Shown piece after piece: positions 38,008-49,449 of a stretch of DNA of 64,000 nt. Each line of letters opens with the position of its first letter. The stretch's first letter is position 1. The stretch spans positions 3,936,001 through 4,000,000 of the forward strand of contig OZ241907.1 in the NCBI GenBank assembly GCA_965203515.1, read 5' to 3'. Position numbers and translations under genes: made by a program. The notes under the pieces were generated by a model. That model worked only from the letters and a program-made list of their open reading frames with translations, was not told where the DNA came from and ran no database searches. This DNA comes from Spirochaetia bacterium (GTDB lineage Bacteria; Spirochaetota; Spirochaetia; SZUA-6; Bin103).

Positions 38008-38982
38008 ATGACGGCGGTCAATCTGGTCTCGTCCATCAACGACGGGCTGCGCACGGAGATGCGGCTCGACGAGCGGGTGATCGCCTTCGGGGAGGACATC
38101 GGCGTCAACGGCGGCGTATTTCGCGCCACCACCGGACTGCAGCAGGAGTTCGGGCCGTCGCGGTGCTTCGACACCCCCCTGGCGGAGAGCGCTGCGGTCG
38201 GCGGCGCGCTCGGCATGGCGGTGGCAGGCCTGCGGCCGGTGGTGGAGATCCAGTTCAGCGGGTTCATCTGGACGGCGTTCAACCAGATCATCAACCACGT
38301 GGCGCGTATCCGCACCCGCACGCAGGGCGCGTTCACCGCGCCGCTGGTGATCCGCATGCCGTACGGCGGCGGCGTCCGCGCGCTGGAGCACCACAGCGAG
38401 AGCATGGAGGCGATCCTGGCGCACGTACCCGGCATCAAGGTGGTGATCCCGTCCACGCCGCATGACGCCAAGGGGTTGTTGATCGCCGCGATCCGCGACC
38501 CCGATCCGGTGATCTTCATGGAGCCCAAGCGCGTCTATCAGGCGCCCCGGCAGGAGATCCCCGCAGGCGACTTCGTCATCCCGCTGGGCACCGCGCGGGT
38601 GGCGGCGCCGGGCAGCGACCTGACCATCGTCTCCTACGGCGCGCAGATGAAGGAGGCGATCGCCGCGGCGCACCGACTGCGCGGCGAGGCGTCGGTAGAG
38701 GTGATCGACCTGCGCACGATCTACCCGCCCGATCTGACCGCGGTGGTCGAGTCGGTGCGCCGGACCGGGCGCCTGCTGGTGGTGCACGAGGGGCCGCGTT
38801 CGTACGGCGTCGGCGCGGAGCTGACCGCAGTCGTGGCCGAGCAGGCGTTTCTGCACCTGGAGGCGCCGCCCGCGCGCCTGACCGGCAGCGACATCGTCGT
38901 GCCGCTGCCGCGGCATGAGCGCCATTACCTGATCAGCGTCGCCGACATCGTCGCCGCGGCCCGGCGGCTGCTGAGCTATTGA
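38008..38982 (+). CDS. pdhB: 2-oxoacid dehydrogenase E1 beta
   Basis: GEDIGVNGGVFRATTGL, DTPLAES, EIQF, EHHSES and EVIDLRTI motifs. Confidence 0.9.
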   Translation: MTAVNLVSSINDGLRTEMRLDERVIAFGEDIGVNGGVFRATTGLQQEFGPSRCFDTPLAESAAVGGALGMAVAGLRPVVEIQFSGFIWTAFNQIINHVARIRTRTQGAFTAPLVIRMPYGGGVRALEHHSESMEAILAHVPGIKVVIPSTPHDAKGLLIAAIRDPDPVIFMEPKRVYQAPRQEIPAGDFVIPLGTARVAAPGSDLTIVSYGAQMKEAIAAAHRLRGEASVEVIDLRTIYPPDLTAVVESVRRTGRLLVVHEGPRSYGVGAELTAVVAEQAFLHLEAPPARLTGSDIVVPLPRHERHYLISVADIVAAARRLLSY

Positions 38983-38996
38983 GGCGGTGGGTCACG

Positions 38997-40430
38997 ATGT
39001 ATGAGTTCAGGTTCCCGGACATCGGCGAGGGGTTGCACGAAGGGAAGATCCTGGAGCTGAAGCTGCGGCCTGGCGATGCGGTCGAAGAGGGCGATATCCT
39101 CGCCATCGTCGAGACCGACAAGGTGGTGGCGGAGATCCCGTCGCCCAAGACCGGCGTGCTGCGCCGCTTCGGATCGACGGCCGGGCAGATCATCAAGGTC
39201 GGCGATCCGTTCGCTTACATCGAGGTGGACGGCGACGAGGCGGGCGGCGAAGAGGCGCTCGATCCGGGCGAGACCGGCGACCGCGCCGGGGACGATCGGC
39301 CGCGGCCGGACGACGGCGCTACCGTCGTCGGCCGGCTGGATGCCGGCGGCGATCTGCTTCCCCCCAGTGACGAGGCCGTGCCGGGCGGGAACGACGACCG
39401 GCCGCCGCAACCCGCGCCGGAGCCGGAGGCCGGCCCTGCCGCCGCTTCCGGCCCTGCCGCCGCTTCCGGCCCTGCCGCCGCTTCCGGCCCTGCCGCCGCT
39501 TCCGGCCCGGTGCTGGCGACCCCGGCCGCGCGCCGCTTGGCGCGCGACCTGAACGTCGACCTCCGCTCGGTGCCGGGCACCGGCGACGGCGGCCGCATCC
39601 GCAAGGAGGACATCCTCAAGGCGGCCGACGCCCGCACCGGCGTGCCGGTGGCCGCGCCGCCCGCGCACGGCCCGCCTGCCGGCAACGCGTTCGGCTTCCC
39701 GTTGATCGACGACCCGCTCACCAGGCCGGTCGACCTGCCGGCCGGGCAACGGGTGGAGCTGACCATCCTGCGCAAGACCATCGCGCGCAACATGGAGCTG
39801 AGCCGCCGGATACCGACCGCCATCGTCCACGATCTGGGCGAGGTCGACGAGCTGGTGGAGCTGCGCGCCAAGGCCAACCGCAACCGCGCCGCCCACATCA
39901 GCTACCAGCCGTTCTTCATGAAGGCGCTGGCGACCGCGTTGCGCGACGTGCCGGTCCTCAACGCCACCTACGACGCGGTCTCCCAGGAGGTGACCGCGTA
40001 TCGCGAGGTCAACATCGGCTTCGCCGTCAACACCGAGGCGGGCGTGCTGTTGCCGGTGATCCGCAACGTCGACACCAGCACGATCCTGACGATCGATCGC
40101 CGGATGAAGCAGCTCGTGGCCGCCGCCCGCAGCCGCTCGCTGGCCGCCGACGACCTGCGCGGCGGCACCTTCGCGCTGACCAACTTCGGGCCGTTCGGCG
40201 GTCTGTGGGCAGCGCCGATGATCTACCCGCCGCAGGTGGCGATCCTGGGCATAGGCCGTATCCATCAGGCGCCGCGCGTGGTCGACGACGGGGCGATCGA
40301 GGCTCGCGTGGTGCTCCCCGTGTCGCTGGCGTTCGATCATCGCGTGGTGGACGGCGTCCCGGCCGCCACCTTCGTGTCGCGGTTCCTGGAGCTCCTGTGC
40401 TCGCCGCAGGAGTTGCTGGTATCGATGTAA
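38997..40430 (+). CDS. pdhC: 2-oxoacid dehydrogenase E2 dihydrolipoamide acyltransferase
   Basis: Lipoyl domain ETDKV, E3-binding ATPAARRLAR...GTGDGGRI and catalytic DHRVVDG. Confidence 0.9.
   Translation: MYEFRFPDIGEGLHEGKILELKLRPGDAVEEGDILAIVETDKVVAEIPSPKTGVLRRFGSTAGQIIKVGDPFAYIEVDGDEAGGEEALDPGETGDRAGDDRPRPDDGATVVGRLDAGGDLLPPSDEAVPGGNDDRPPQPAPEPEAGPAAASGPAAASGPAAASGPAAASGPVLATPAARRLARDLNVDLRSVPGTGDGGRIRKEDILKAADARTGVPVAAPPAHGPPAGNAFGFPLIDDPLTRPVDLPAGQRVELTILRKTIARNMELSRRIPTAIVHDLGEVDELVELRAKANRNRAAHISYQPFFMKALATALRDVPVLNATYDAVSQEVTAYREVNIGFAVNTEAGVLLPVIRNVDTSTILTIDRRMKQLVAAARSRSLAADDLRGGTFALTNFGPFGGLWAAPMIYPPQVAILGIGRIHQAPRVVDDGAIEARVVLPVSLAFDHRVVDGVPAATFVSRFLELLCSPQELLVSM
39430..39508. 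repeat. 18-bp perfect tandem repeat x4 (GPAAAS) in the E2 linker
   Basis: CCGGCCCTGCCGCCGCTT four times plus a partial copy. Confidence 0.92.
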
Positions 40431-40440
40431 GTCGGTCCGG

Positions 40441-41262
40441 GTGACCGGGCCTCCGCCGCCGGCGCCGCGCGCGGTCAGCCCGTGGGGGGCGCCGATCCAC
40501 CGCCTGCGCACGACCGCCTCGACCATGGACGAGGCGGTGCGGCTGATCGCCGCGTCGCCCCCGCACGGGACCGCGGTCACCGCCGACCGCCAGACCGCCG
40601 GGCGCGGCCGCGCGCCCGGCAGCCGCTGGCGGTCGGCGGCCGGCGCCAACCTGCTGCTGACGCTCATGCTGCGCCGCACCGTGACCGCGGCGGCGCCGGC
40701 TACGGTGCCGCTGCGCGCCGGCTGCGCGCTGGCGGAGGTGGCCGCGGCGCTGGGGCTGGCGCCCTCCATCAAGTGGCCCAACGACCTGCTGGTCGGCGGC
40801 CGCAAGCTGGCCGGCGTGCTCTGCACCGTCACCGGCGGCTGGCTGCTGGTGGGCATAGGCATGAACTGCAACCAGCGGTCGTTCCCCCCGGACGCCGGAG
40901 CGGCGACCTCGCTGGCCCTGTGCCTGGGGCGCAGCGTCGATCGCGCCCGGGTCGAGCGGGACGTGCTGGAGGCCGTGCGCCGGCTGCTCGCTGCCGGCGA
41001 CTGGCTCGTCCGGTTGCGCGGGCGGCTGGCCGGGGTCGGCCGTGCGGCGCGGGTGGAGCAGGGCGGCCGCGTGGTCGCCGGCGTGCTGATCGGGGTCGAC
41101 CGCGACGGCGCGCTGCTGCTCCGCACCGGCGCCGGCGCCGCCGCGCGCGTGCTGAGCGGCAGCCTGACGCTCGGGCCGGCGCCGACCGCAGAAAATTTCG
41201 CCGCGGATGTTGGCGGCGGCGGCGGGAATTGCTATCTTGACCCCATAACTCCCACTACATAA
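40441..41262 (+). CDS. birA: Biotin--protein ligase without N-terminal HTH
   Basis: STMD, QTAGRGR, IKWPNDL, RKLAGVL and GIGMN motifs. Confidence 0.88.
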   Translation: MTGPPPPAPRAVSPWGAPIHRLRTTASTMDEAVRLIAASPPHGTAVTADRQTAGRGRAPGSRWRSAAGANLLLTLMLRRTVTAAAPATVPLRAGCALAEVAAALGLAPSIKWPNDLLVGGRKLAGVLCTVTGGWLLVGIGMNCNQRSFPPDAGAATSLALCLGRSVDRARVERDVLEAVRRLLAAGDWLVRLRGRLAGVGRAARVEQGGRVVAGVLIGVDRDGALLLRTGAGAAARVLSGSLTLGPAPTAENFAADVGGGGGNCYLDPITPTT

Positions 41263-41277
41263 CTCTGGAAAGGGTGA

Positions 41278-42927
<1,650 letters not shown>

Positions 42928-43027
42928 TCCGTCCTGCCGATCCCGCGTCGTCATCCATGCACTCCGGCGGGTCACGCCAGGCCTCACGTCCGCGTTGCGC
43001 GGGCGTGGGGCCTCTCTCGTCAGCCTC

Positions 43028-43354
43028 ATGAAGATACCGATGAGACGCGCCTCGCGCAGGCTGTTGCGGGCCGACTTCATGTTCACCATCGGCTATCGCG
43101 GCGGCGTCGCCATGGTCGACCGCACCGCCCGGCGCCGCTATGGCCGGCTGTCGTGCCGGGGACTGCTGGAGCACGGCCTCTACAAGGCGGCGCTGTGCGC
43201 CGCAGAGTACGACGGTGACGCCCCGGCGCAGCAGGCGGTGCTGCGGTCCTACAACGCCGATGCGGTCGTGCCGGTAGCGGACATGGACGAGCTTCGCGCC
43301 CGTTTCGGCGTGTTCGGCGTGCCGGACACCGTGACCGGGGTCGAGCGGGTATGA
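43028..43354 (+). CDS. Hypothetical protein (108 aa)
   Basis: Protein-like ORF (MKIPMRR...DFMFTIGYRG...GLYKAAL) with host-like codon usage. Confidence 0.6.
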   Translation: MKIPMRRASRRLLRADFMFTIGYRGGVAMVDRTARRRYGRLSCRGLLEHGLYKAALCAAEYDGDAPAQQAVLRSYNADAVVPVADMDELRARFGVFGVPDTVTGVERV

Positions 43355-43492
43355 CCTTCCGGAAGCCGGCGCGGCGGCGCTGTTGTGCCGGAGCCGTCCT
43401 CGTGATAGCGTCGGGGCCGCCGGCGGGCCGGGGTGCTCCGGTCCGCCCGCACGGCCTGCAGGAAACCAAGCGACTCTGAGGAAACCGCCGTA

Positions 43493-43780
43493 ATGCAACC
43501 CAACGACCCGATAACCACGCTGATTCTGCCGTTCGCGGCCATCTTCCTGATCTTCTACTTCCTGGTGCTCCGCCCGCAGAGCAAGAAGCGCAAGCAGACC
43601 AAGCTGTACCTGGAAGGCCTCAAGAAGGGCGACAAGGTGGTCACCATCGGGGGGATGCACGGGGTGATCACCGCCATCCGCGAAGACGCCGGTACGCTCA
43701 CGCTGAAGGTGGACGACGATACCAAGATCGAATTCGACAAGGCTGCCGTCCGATCGCCGGACAGTACCGACTCGAAGTAG
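43493..43780 (+). CDS. yajC: Preprotein translocase subunit YajC
   Basis: IFYFLVLRPQ and LKKGDKVVTIGGMHG motifs, upstream of secD. Confidence 0.95.
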   Translation: MQPNDPITTLILPFAAIFLIFYFLVLRPQSKKRKQTKLYLEGLKKGDKVVTIGGMHGVITAIREDAGTLTLKVDDDTKIEFDKAAVRSPDSTDSK

Positions 43781-43865
43781 TGCCGCCGGACCGCTGCCGG
43801 CGCGCCCCGCTCCGCCATGCCAAACCTCCATCCGTACCTGCGCCGGCGCCTGATGGGCCGATCCG

Positions 43866-45608
43866 GTGAGTAAACGACTCCGGCTCGGGATCATTCTGGT
43901 GTTCTTGGGGATCGCCGTGGCGTTCCTGATGCCTACCATCAGGTGGCATCTTCTGCTGCCGGAAGATGAGCGGCAGATCGCCGTCTCGTCGCGCGACCAG
44001 ATACGCATCGTGTCGCAACAGCGTGCCGGCGACGATCTGCAGCGGCTGCTGGCGCTGGTCGAAGAAGGTCCCGACTCGTCGATTCCGGCGGACCTGGGCT
44101 TCCTGCGTGCGCCGGCTCGGGATCAGTACCGGTTCGAGCAGCGGACGGTACCGTCGCCGTGGACCGTGGAGGCGCTGCTCGATGGGTTCGGCAGCCAGGC
44201 GACGCTGCTGGGCGAACTGGAAGCCGACCACCGCCGGCGGCTGCTCGATATCAAGGAGTTGACCACCCGCAGCCTGCAGCTCGGGCTCGACCTGCAGGGC
44301 GGCATGTACGTGCTGATCGAGCCCGATTTCGACGAGTTGGCGGCGGAGATCGGAACGCTCACCGACGCCGACCGCCAGGACGCGATCGACCGCTCGCTCG
44401 AGATACTCAACAACCGCGTCGACCAGTTCGGATTGACCGAACCGTCGATCAACCGGCAGGGCGACGACCGGATCGTCGTCGAGCTGCCGGGCGCGCCGGA
44501 CCCGGAGCGGATGCGCAACTTCATCGTCGGCAAGGGGCGGTTGGGCTTCCATCTGGTCGACTCGGAGGGCCAGCAGGCATTCGACGACTACCAGCGCGCC
44601 AATCCGGGCAACTTCCTCGCCGCCGACGGCGGTCTCCGCGATCCGAACGTCCTGCCGGCGGGCACCGTGCTGCGCGGCGTCTATGAGAAGGACACCTACG
44701 GGGTCGACCAGCTCCTCGGCTACGCGGTCATCGAGGAGGAAGAGGGGTTGTCCGGAGCCTACATCAACGACTCGCGGGTCGACCGGGATCCGCTCACGGG
44801 ACGGCCGGAGGTGCTGTTCTTTCTGAGCCCGGAAGGGGGCGAGATCTTCTTCAAGCTCACCCAGGAGAACGTCGGCGAGATCCTGGCGGTCGTGCTCGAC
44901 GACCGCGTCAAGGCGCGCGCGCAGATTTCGCAGGCGATCCGCAATCAGGTGCGGGTCACCGGCTTCACCCAGAGCGAGGCGGAGGACTTGGCGCTGGTGC
45001 TGCGTACCGGTTCGCTGCCGGTGCCGCTGGATATCGTCAGCCAGCAGCAGATCGGCGCCGGCCTGGGCGAAGACTCGATCCGCGCCAGTCTCCGCGCCGT
45101 GGGGGTGGGCGCGCTGCTGGTGTTCCTGTTCATGGTGGCGTACTATCGCGGCGCCGGACTGATCGCCGACCTGGTGCTGGCGCTCAACCTGTTCTTCGTC
45201 GTATCGACCCTGTCGGTGTTGGGCTTTACGCTGACGCTGCCCAGCATCGCCGGCGTGATCCTGACGGTCGGCATGGCGGTGGACGCCAACGTGATCATCT
45301 TCGAACGGATCAAGGAGGAGTTGCGCGCCGGCAAGTCGACCGCCGCCGCCGTGCGCGCCGGCTTCGCCAAGGCGTTCCGTGCGGTGCTCGACGCCAACAT
45401 CACCACGTTCATCGCCGCGGTGGTGCTGTCACAGATCGGCAGCGGTCCGATCCAGGGCTTCGCGGTGACCCTTTCCGTGGGCATCCTGTCATCGATGTTC
45501 ACCGCGCTGGTGGTGTCGCGGCTGATCTTCGACTTCCTGGTCGAGGTGCTGCGCGTGGAGCGTCTGAGCCTGGGTTGGATCGGCGGGCAGCAGCGGAGGC
45601 CGGCGTAG
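43866..45608 (+). CDS. secD: Protein translocase subunit SecD
   Basis: LGLDLQGG, RVDQFGLTEP, GMAVDANVIIFERIKEE, DANITT and GPIQGFAVTL motifs. Confidence 0.96.
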   Translation: MSKRLRLGIILVFLGIAVAFLMPTIRWHLLLPEDERQIAVSSRDQIRIVSQQRAGDDLQRLLALVEEGPDSSIPADLGFLRAPARDQYRFEQRTVPSPWTVEALLDGFGSQATLLGELEADHRRRLLDIKELTTRSLQLGLDLQGGMYVLIEPDFDELAAEIGTLTDADRQDAIDRSLEILNNRVDQFGLTEPSINRQGDDRIVVELPGAPDPERMRNFIVGKGRLGFHLVDSEGQQAFDDYQRANPGNFLAADGGLRDPNVLPAGTVLRGVYEKDTYGVDQLLGYAVIEEEEGLSGAYINDSRVDRDPLTGRPEVLFFLSPEGGEIFFKLTQENVGEILAVVLDDRVKARAQISQAIRNQVRVTGFTQSEAEDLALVLRTGSLPVPLDIVSQQQIGAGLGEDSIRASLRAVGVGALLVFLFMVAYYRGAGLIADLVLALNLFFVVSTLSVLGFTLTLPSIAGVILTVGMAVDANVIIFERIKEELRAGKSTAAAVRAGFAKAFRAVLDANITTFIAAVVLSQIGSGPIQGFAVTLSVGILSSMFTALVVSRLIFDFLVEVLRVERLSLGWIGGQQRRPA

Positions 45609-46990
45609 TGCGCGCGACGATAGAGTTCACCCGCTACCGGCTGCCGATGCTGATACTGTCGCTGGCGGTCATCACGGCCGGACTGGCGATGACGATACAG
45701 CGCGGCGGGTTCAATCTTTCCGTCGACTTGGCCGGCGGCCTGTCGCAGCAGGTGCAGATCGCCCGTCCGGCGCTGGTGCTGGAACTGCAGGAAGGGACGG
45801 AACTGGAGGTCGCCGTGCAGCAGACCGCCAGCCGGATCGTCCTCCGCGCTACCGAGGTGCTCGGCCAGACCACGCTCCGCTTCGCGGATCATCCGTCGCT
45901 CGGAGAGATGGCCGACGCGATCGCGGAGGTGCCGGGCGTGGCCGCGGCGACGGCCCTGGAGCCGGCGCTGGCGTCCGCCGAGCTGTTGGCGGAGAGCCCG
46001 CAGATCCGCGACGGCCGCCTGGTCCTGCACGTCGGCGCGGCCGGCGAGCCGCTGTCGATCGACGCGGTACGCGCGGCGCTCGGCCCGCTGGACAAGGTCA
46101 GCATCCGCACGATCGGCGCACGGTCGGAGCAGCAGTTCGTGATCCGCGTCGAGGTGGCGTCCGACGACGACACGGAGATGCAGACCGCGCAGCGACAGGT
46201 TCGCACGCTGCTTGCGGACGCGTTCGGCGACGACAGCCTGATCGTCCGTTCCACCGACTTCGTCGGCAGGCGGTTCTCCCAGATCCTCAGCCGGCAGGCG
46301 GTCTGGCTGATCGTGGTCGCGCTGCTGCTCATCATGGTGTACGTCGGCTTCCGCTTTCGCCCGGAGTACTCGGTGGCGGCGCTGGTGGCGGTCGCTCACG
46401 ACGTGCTGGTGCTGATCGGCGTGCTCGGCACCTTCCGCATCGAGGTCTCCACCGCTACCATCGCCGCCCTGCTGACCATCGTCGGCTACTCTCTGAACGA
46501 CACCATCGTCATCTTCGACCGCGTGCGCGAAAACGTGTCGCTGATGCGCGACGCCGACCTGCGCCGGGTGATCGACACCAGCATCACCCAGTCGCTGTCG
46601 CGGACGCTCATCACCTCCCTGACGACGCTGCTGGCGGTCGTCGCCATCTACGTCTTCGCCACCGGCCCGATTCGGACGTTCGCGCTGGCTGTGATCATCG
46701 GCGTGATCGTGGGCACCTATTCGTCCATGTACATCGCCTCGCCGATCGTCATGCTGTTGCAGCGCCGGCGCCCGGCCTTGGGCGGCCGCCGCGCCGCCGC
46801 CCAAGCGCCGGCCGCCCCGTCCGCGCCGGCGCCGGCGGCGGATGCGGGCGGGGCGAGCCCGTCGGCCGCATCCGGGCCGCCGCCCGCAGCGCCGACCGAG
46901 CCGAAGCCGGCCCCGGCGCCGCCACGCCCCACCGGTACGCGGCTGCAGCCGGTCAGCAAGCGCCGCAACAAGAAGAGAAAGGGCGGTTAG
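45608..46990 (+). CDS. secF: Protein translocase subunit SecF
   Basis: VDLAGG, HDV, GYSLNDTIVIFDRVRE, SRTLITSLTT and GTYSSMYIASP motifs. Confidence 0.95.
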   Translation: MRATIEFTRYRLPMLILSLAVITAGLAMTIQRGGFNLSVDLAGGLSQQVQIARPALVLELQEGTELEVAVQQTASRIVLRATEVLGQTTLRFADHPSLGEMADAIAEVPGVAAATALEPALASAELLAESPQIRDGRLVLHVGAAGEPLSIDAVRAALGPLDKVSIRTIGARSEQQFVIRVEVASDDDTEMQTAQRQVRTLLADAFGDDSLIVRSTDFVGRRFSQILSRQAVWLIVVALLLIMVYVGFRFRPEYSVAALVAVAHDVLVLIGVLGTFRIEVSTATIAALLTIVGYSLNDTIVIFDRVRENVSLMRDADLRRVIDTSITQSLSRTLITSLTTLLAVVAIYVFATGPIRTFALAVIIGVIVGTYSSMYIASPIVMLLQRRRPALGGRRAAAQAPAAPSAPAPAADAGGASPSAASGPPPAAPTEPKPAPAPPRPTGTRLQPVSKRRNKKRKGG

Positions 46991-48333
46991 TCCGGGCGTC
47001 CCGACCCGTGACCGACCGACCGCCGGACGGCGCCGGCGAGCAGGACGAGCTTTTCGACCGCGGACGCCGCCAGCACGCCGGCCAGCCCCAGTTCCAGCAG
47101 CGTGAGCGGCAGCGGGCCGATCCCCGACGCCGGCAGGAGCCGCGTCCCCAGCGCGGCCGCCAGTTCCACGGCCAGCAGCACCATGCCGGCCGCGATCGAC
47201 GCCTTGCCCAGTCGGGTGGCCGACGGCAGCGGCCGCCCGGCGGCGACGATCCAGAGCGCTGCCGCCGCCTGGATGGCCAGCCGCCCGACCAGGACCGCGA
47301 ATACCCACGGCGTGCCGATCCCGTAGGCCAGCGACAGGATCGCTCCCGCTCCCAACAGCAGGTAATCGGTGGAGGAGTCGAGATACGAGCCGATGCGGGT
47401 CACCTGCCCTCGCCGCCGCGCGAGCGCGCCGTCCGCCAGGTCGGTCAGCAGCACCGCCGACAGCAAGGCCAGCACCGGCCATACCGGCGCGGTCCGGTCC
47501 GCCGCGGCGGTGATGAGCAGGATCACCGACGGTATCGAGGTGAGCCTCGCCAAGGTCAACACGTTGGACGGGTTGACGCGCGACAGGCGCGGTCCGTCGA
47601 CGATCGCGAAATCGCGCCGCCGTTTCAGCAGCAGGACGACCAGACCGCCGGCGACCGACGTGTGGAGCAGCGCGTAACCGGCCGCCCCGGACGGCAGGCC
47701 GAGCTCGGCGGCGACCGCCAGGATGGCGATCTGCAGCAGCCACAGGCTCGCGCAGGTGGCGGCGATGCTGAACGTGAGCCGGTCCCAGCCGCGGTGCGCC
47801 GCGATCGGTTCGACGTACCAGTACAGGGAGACGATCGAGACCACGGCCGCGGCGCCGGCCAGCGGCAGCGCGACCACGCGGGCGTGGTCCGGCGCCGCCG
47901 ACAGCAGCACGAGCGCCGCGATCGCCGCCACCGCCTGCAGCACGGTCTTGAACTTGCCGGCCGGCCGTGCCCCCGCGTCGACCCGCAGGCGCAACAGCGT
48001 CGGCCTGATGACCGCGTGCATCACCGCTTCGCGGGCCGCGATCAGGGCCGGCATCCAGAACGGCAGGACGCCGCGGGCGGCCAGCCCGGCGAAGATCCCC
48101 ACGAACACCAGCGCGTCGGTGAAGGCGTCGGCCACCTTGCCGAACCGCGACTCGACGTCGAAGCGCCGCGCGATCGCGCCGTCCAGATAGTCGGTCACTA
48201 CGGCGATCCCGGTCAGGGCCAGCGCCGCGGCGGCGCCTCCGCCGTCCGTTCCGATCAGGGCGAACAGGATCAGCGGCGCCAGCAGCGCGCGGCTCAGGGT
48301 CAGGGCGTTGGCGATGGCGCGGGCGGGATTCAT
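46987..48333 (-). CDS. Membrane protein with two CDP-alcohol phosphatidyltransferase domains
   Basis: Two D-x2-DG-x2-AR-x7/8-G-x3-D-x3-D motifs: TDYLDGAIARR...GKVADAFTD and TDLADGALARR...GSYLDSSTD. Confidence 0.88.
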   Translation of the reverse strand: MNPARAIANALTLSRALLAPLILFALIGTDGGGAAAALALTGIAVVTDYLDGAIARRFDVESRFGKVADAFTDALVFVGIFAGLAARGVLPFWMPALIAAREAVMHAVIRPTLLRLRVDAGARPAGKFKTVLQAVAAIAALVLLSAAPDHARVVALPLAGAAAVVSIVSLYWYVEPIAAHRGWDRLTFSIAATCASLWLLQIAILAVAAELGLPSGAAGYALLHTSVAGGLVVLLLKRRRDFAIVDGPRLSRVNPSNVLTLARLTSIPSVILLITAAADRTAPVWPVLALLSAVLLTDLADGALARRRGQVTRIGSYLDSSTDYLLLGAGAILSLAYGIGTPWVFAVLVGRLAIQAAAALWIVAAGRPLPSATRLGKASIAAGMVLLAVELAAALGTRLLPASGIGPLPLTLLELGLAGVLAASAVEKLVLLAGAVRRSVGHGSGRPD

Positions 48334-48413
48334 CGGCGGCCTGCTTCGGATTATGATCGGATCATGGTCCCACAGGCACCCGATCTGCGGTATCATGGGG
48401 CCGGAGCGAAGCG

Positions 48414-48487
<74 letters not shown>

Positions 48488-48561
48488 GGAGACCGGAGCC
48501 CGCCGCGCGGCCGGCAGCGCTGACCGGCGCGCGGCGAGCGGACCCAGGAGGGGGGTGCGCG

Positions 48562-48750
48562 GTGTCGAAAACGTACGTGGAGACCTCGTCCGACCTGTTG
48601 GCCGGTATCGACCGTATGGTCAAGGACGGCTTCTACCATGACCGCACCGAGGCGGTGAACGATGCGATTCAGCAGTTGTTGAAGGCGTACAAACTATCGA
48701 AGCTGCACATGAAGGACGAGCGCCGCTCCGAAGGAGCCGTCCTCTGCTAG
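48562..48750 (+). CDS. Small ribbon-helix-helix (CopG-like) protein
   Basis: GGAGG SD upstream. LLAGIDRMVKDGFYHDRTEAVNDAIQQLL fits the RHH pattern. Confidence 0.7.
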   Translation: MSKTYVETSSDLLAGIDRMVKDGFYHDRTEAVNDAIQQLLKAYKLSKLHMKDERRSEGAVLC

Positions 48751-49449
48751 ATGGCTGACCGCGGCCAGCGGCTGACCATGCCCGGCGACGACCCGCGGGA
48801 AGCCGGCCGCATGGTGCAGCGTCAGCTGCAGAGCCGCGGCATCACCGATCGGCGCGTGATCACGTCGATGAGCCGGGTCCCGCGCCACCGCTTTGCGGCC
48901 GCTGCCTGCCGCTCCGGCTGCTACGAGGATCATCCCGTGTCGATCGGCTTCGGCCAGACGATGTCGCAGCCGTTCATGGTGGGCCTGATGACCGAGCTGC
49001 TGTCGCTCACGGGCGGCGAGCGCGTTCTGGAGGTGGGGACCGGCAGCGGCTACCAGACGGCGATCCTGGCCGAGCTGGCCGATCACGTCTGGTCGATCGA
49101 GATCATCCCGGCGCTGCAGGATCGGGCGAAGCGCGTGTTGGCGGACCTGGGATACGCCAACATCGACTTTCGCACCGGCGATGGCAGGCTGGGCTGGCGG
49201 GAAGCGGCTCCCTTCGACCGGATACTGGTCGCCGCCGCGTCCTCGGCGGTGCCACAGCCGCTGGTCGAGCAGCTGGCGGACGGCGGAGTCATGCTGATCC
49301 CGATCGGCGCGGAGGACGAGTATCAGGTGATGACCACCATCCGGCGCTGCGGCGGCACGACGCGGACCGTACGCGGCGTCGACTGCCGGTTCGTGCCGCT
49401 GCGCACGGCATCGCCGGAGCCGGGCGCGGCGCGCGGGGCGCCGGCGTGA
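48751..49449 (+). CDS. pcm: Protein-L-isoaspartate O-methyltransferase
   Basis: VPRHRF, GQTMSQP, VLEVGTGSGYQTA, APFDRI and CRFVPL motifs. Confidence 0.94.
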   Translation: MADRGQRLTMPGDDPREAGRMVQRQLQSRGITDRRVITSMSRVPRHRFAAAACRSGCYEDHPVSIGFGQTMSQPFMVGLMTELLSLTGGERVLEVGTGSGYQTAILAELADHVWSIEIIPALQDRAKRVLADLGYANIDFRTGDGRLGWREAAPFDRILVAAASSAVPQPLVEQLADGGVMLIPIGAEDEYQVMTTIRRCGGTTRTVRGVDCRFVPLRTASPEPGAARGAPA

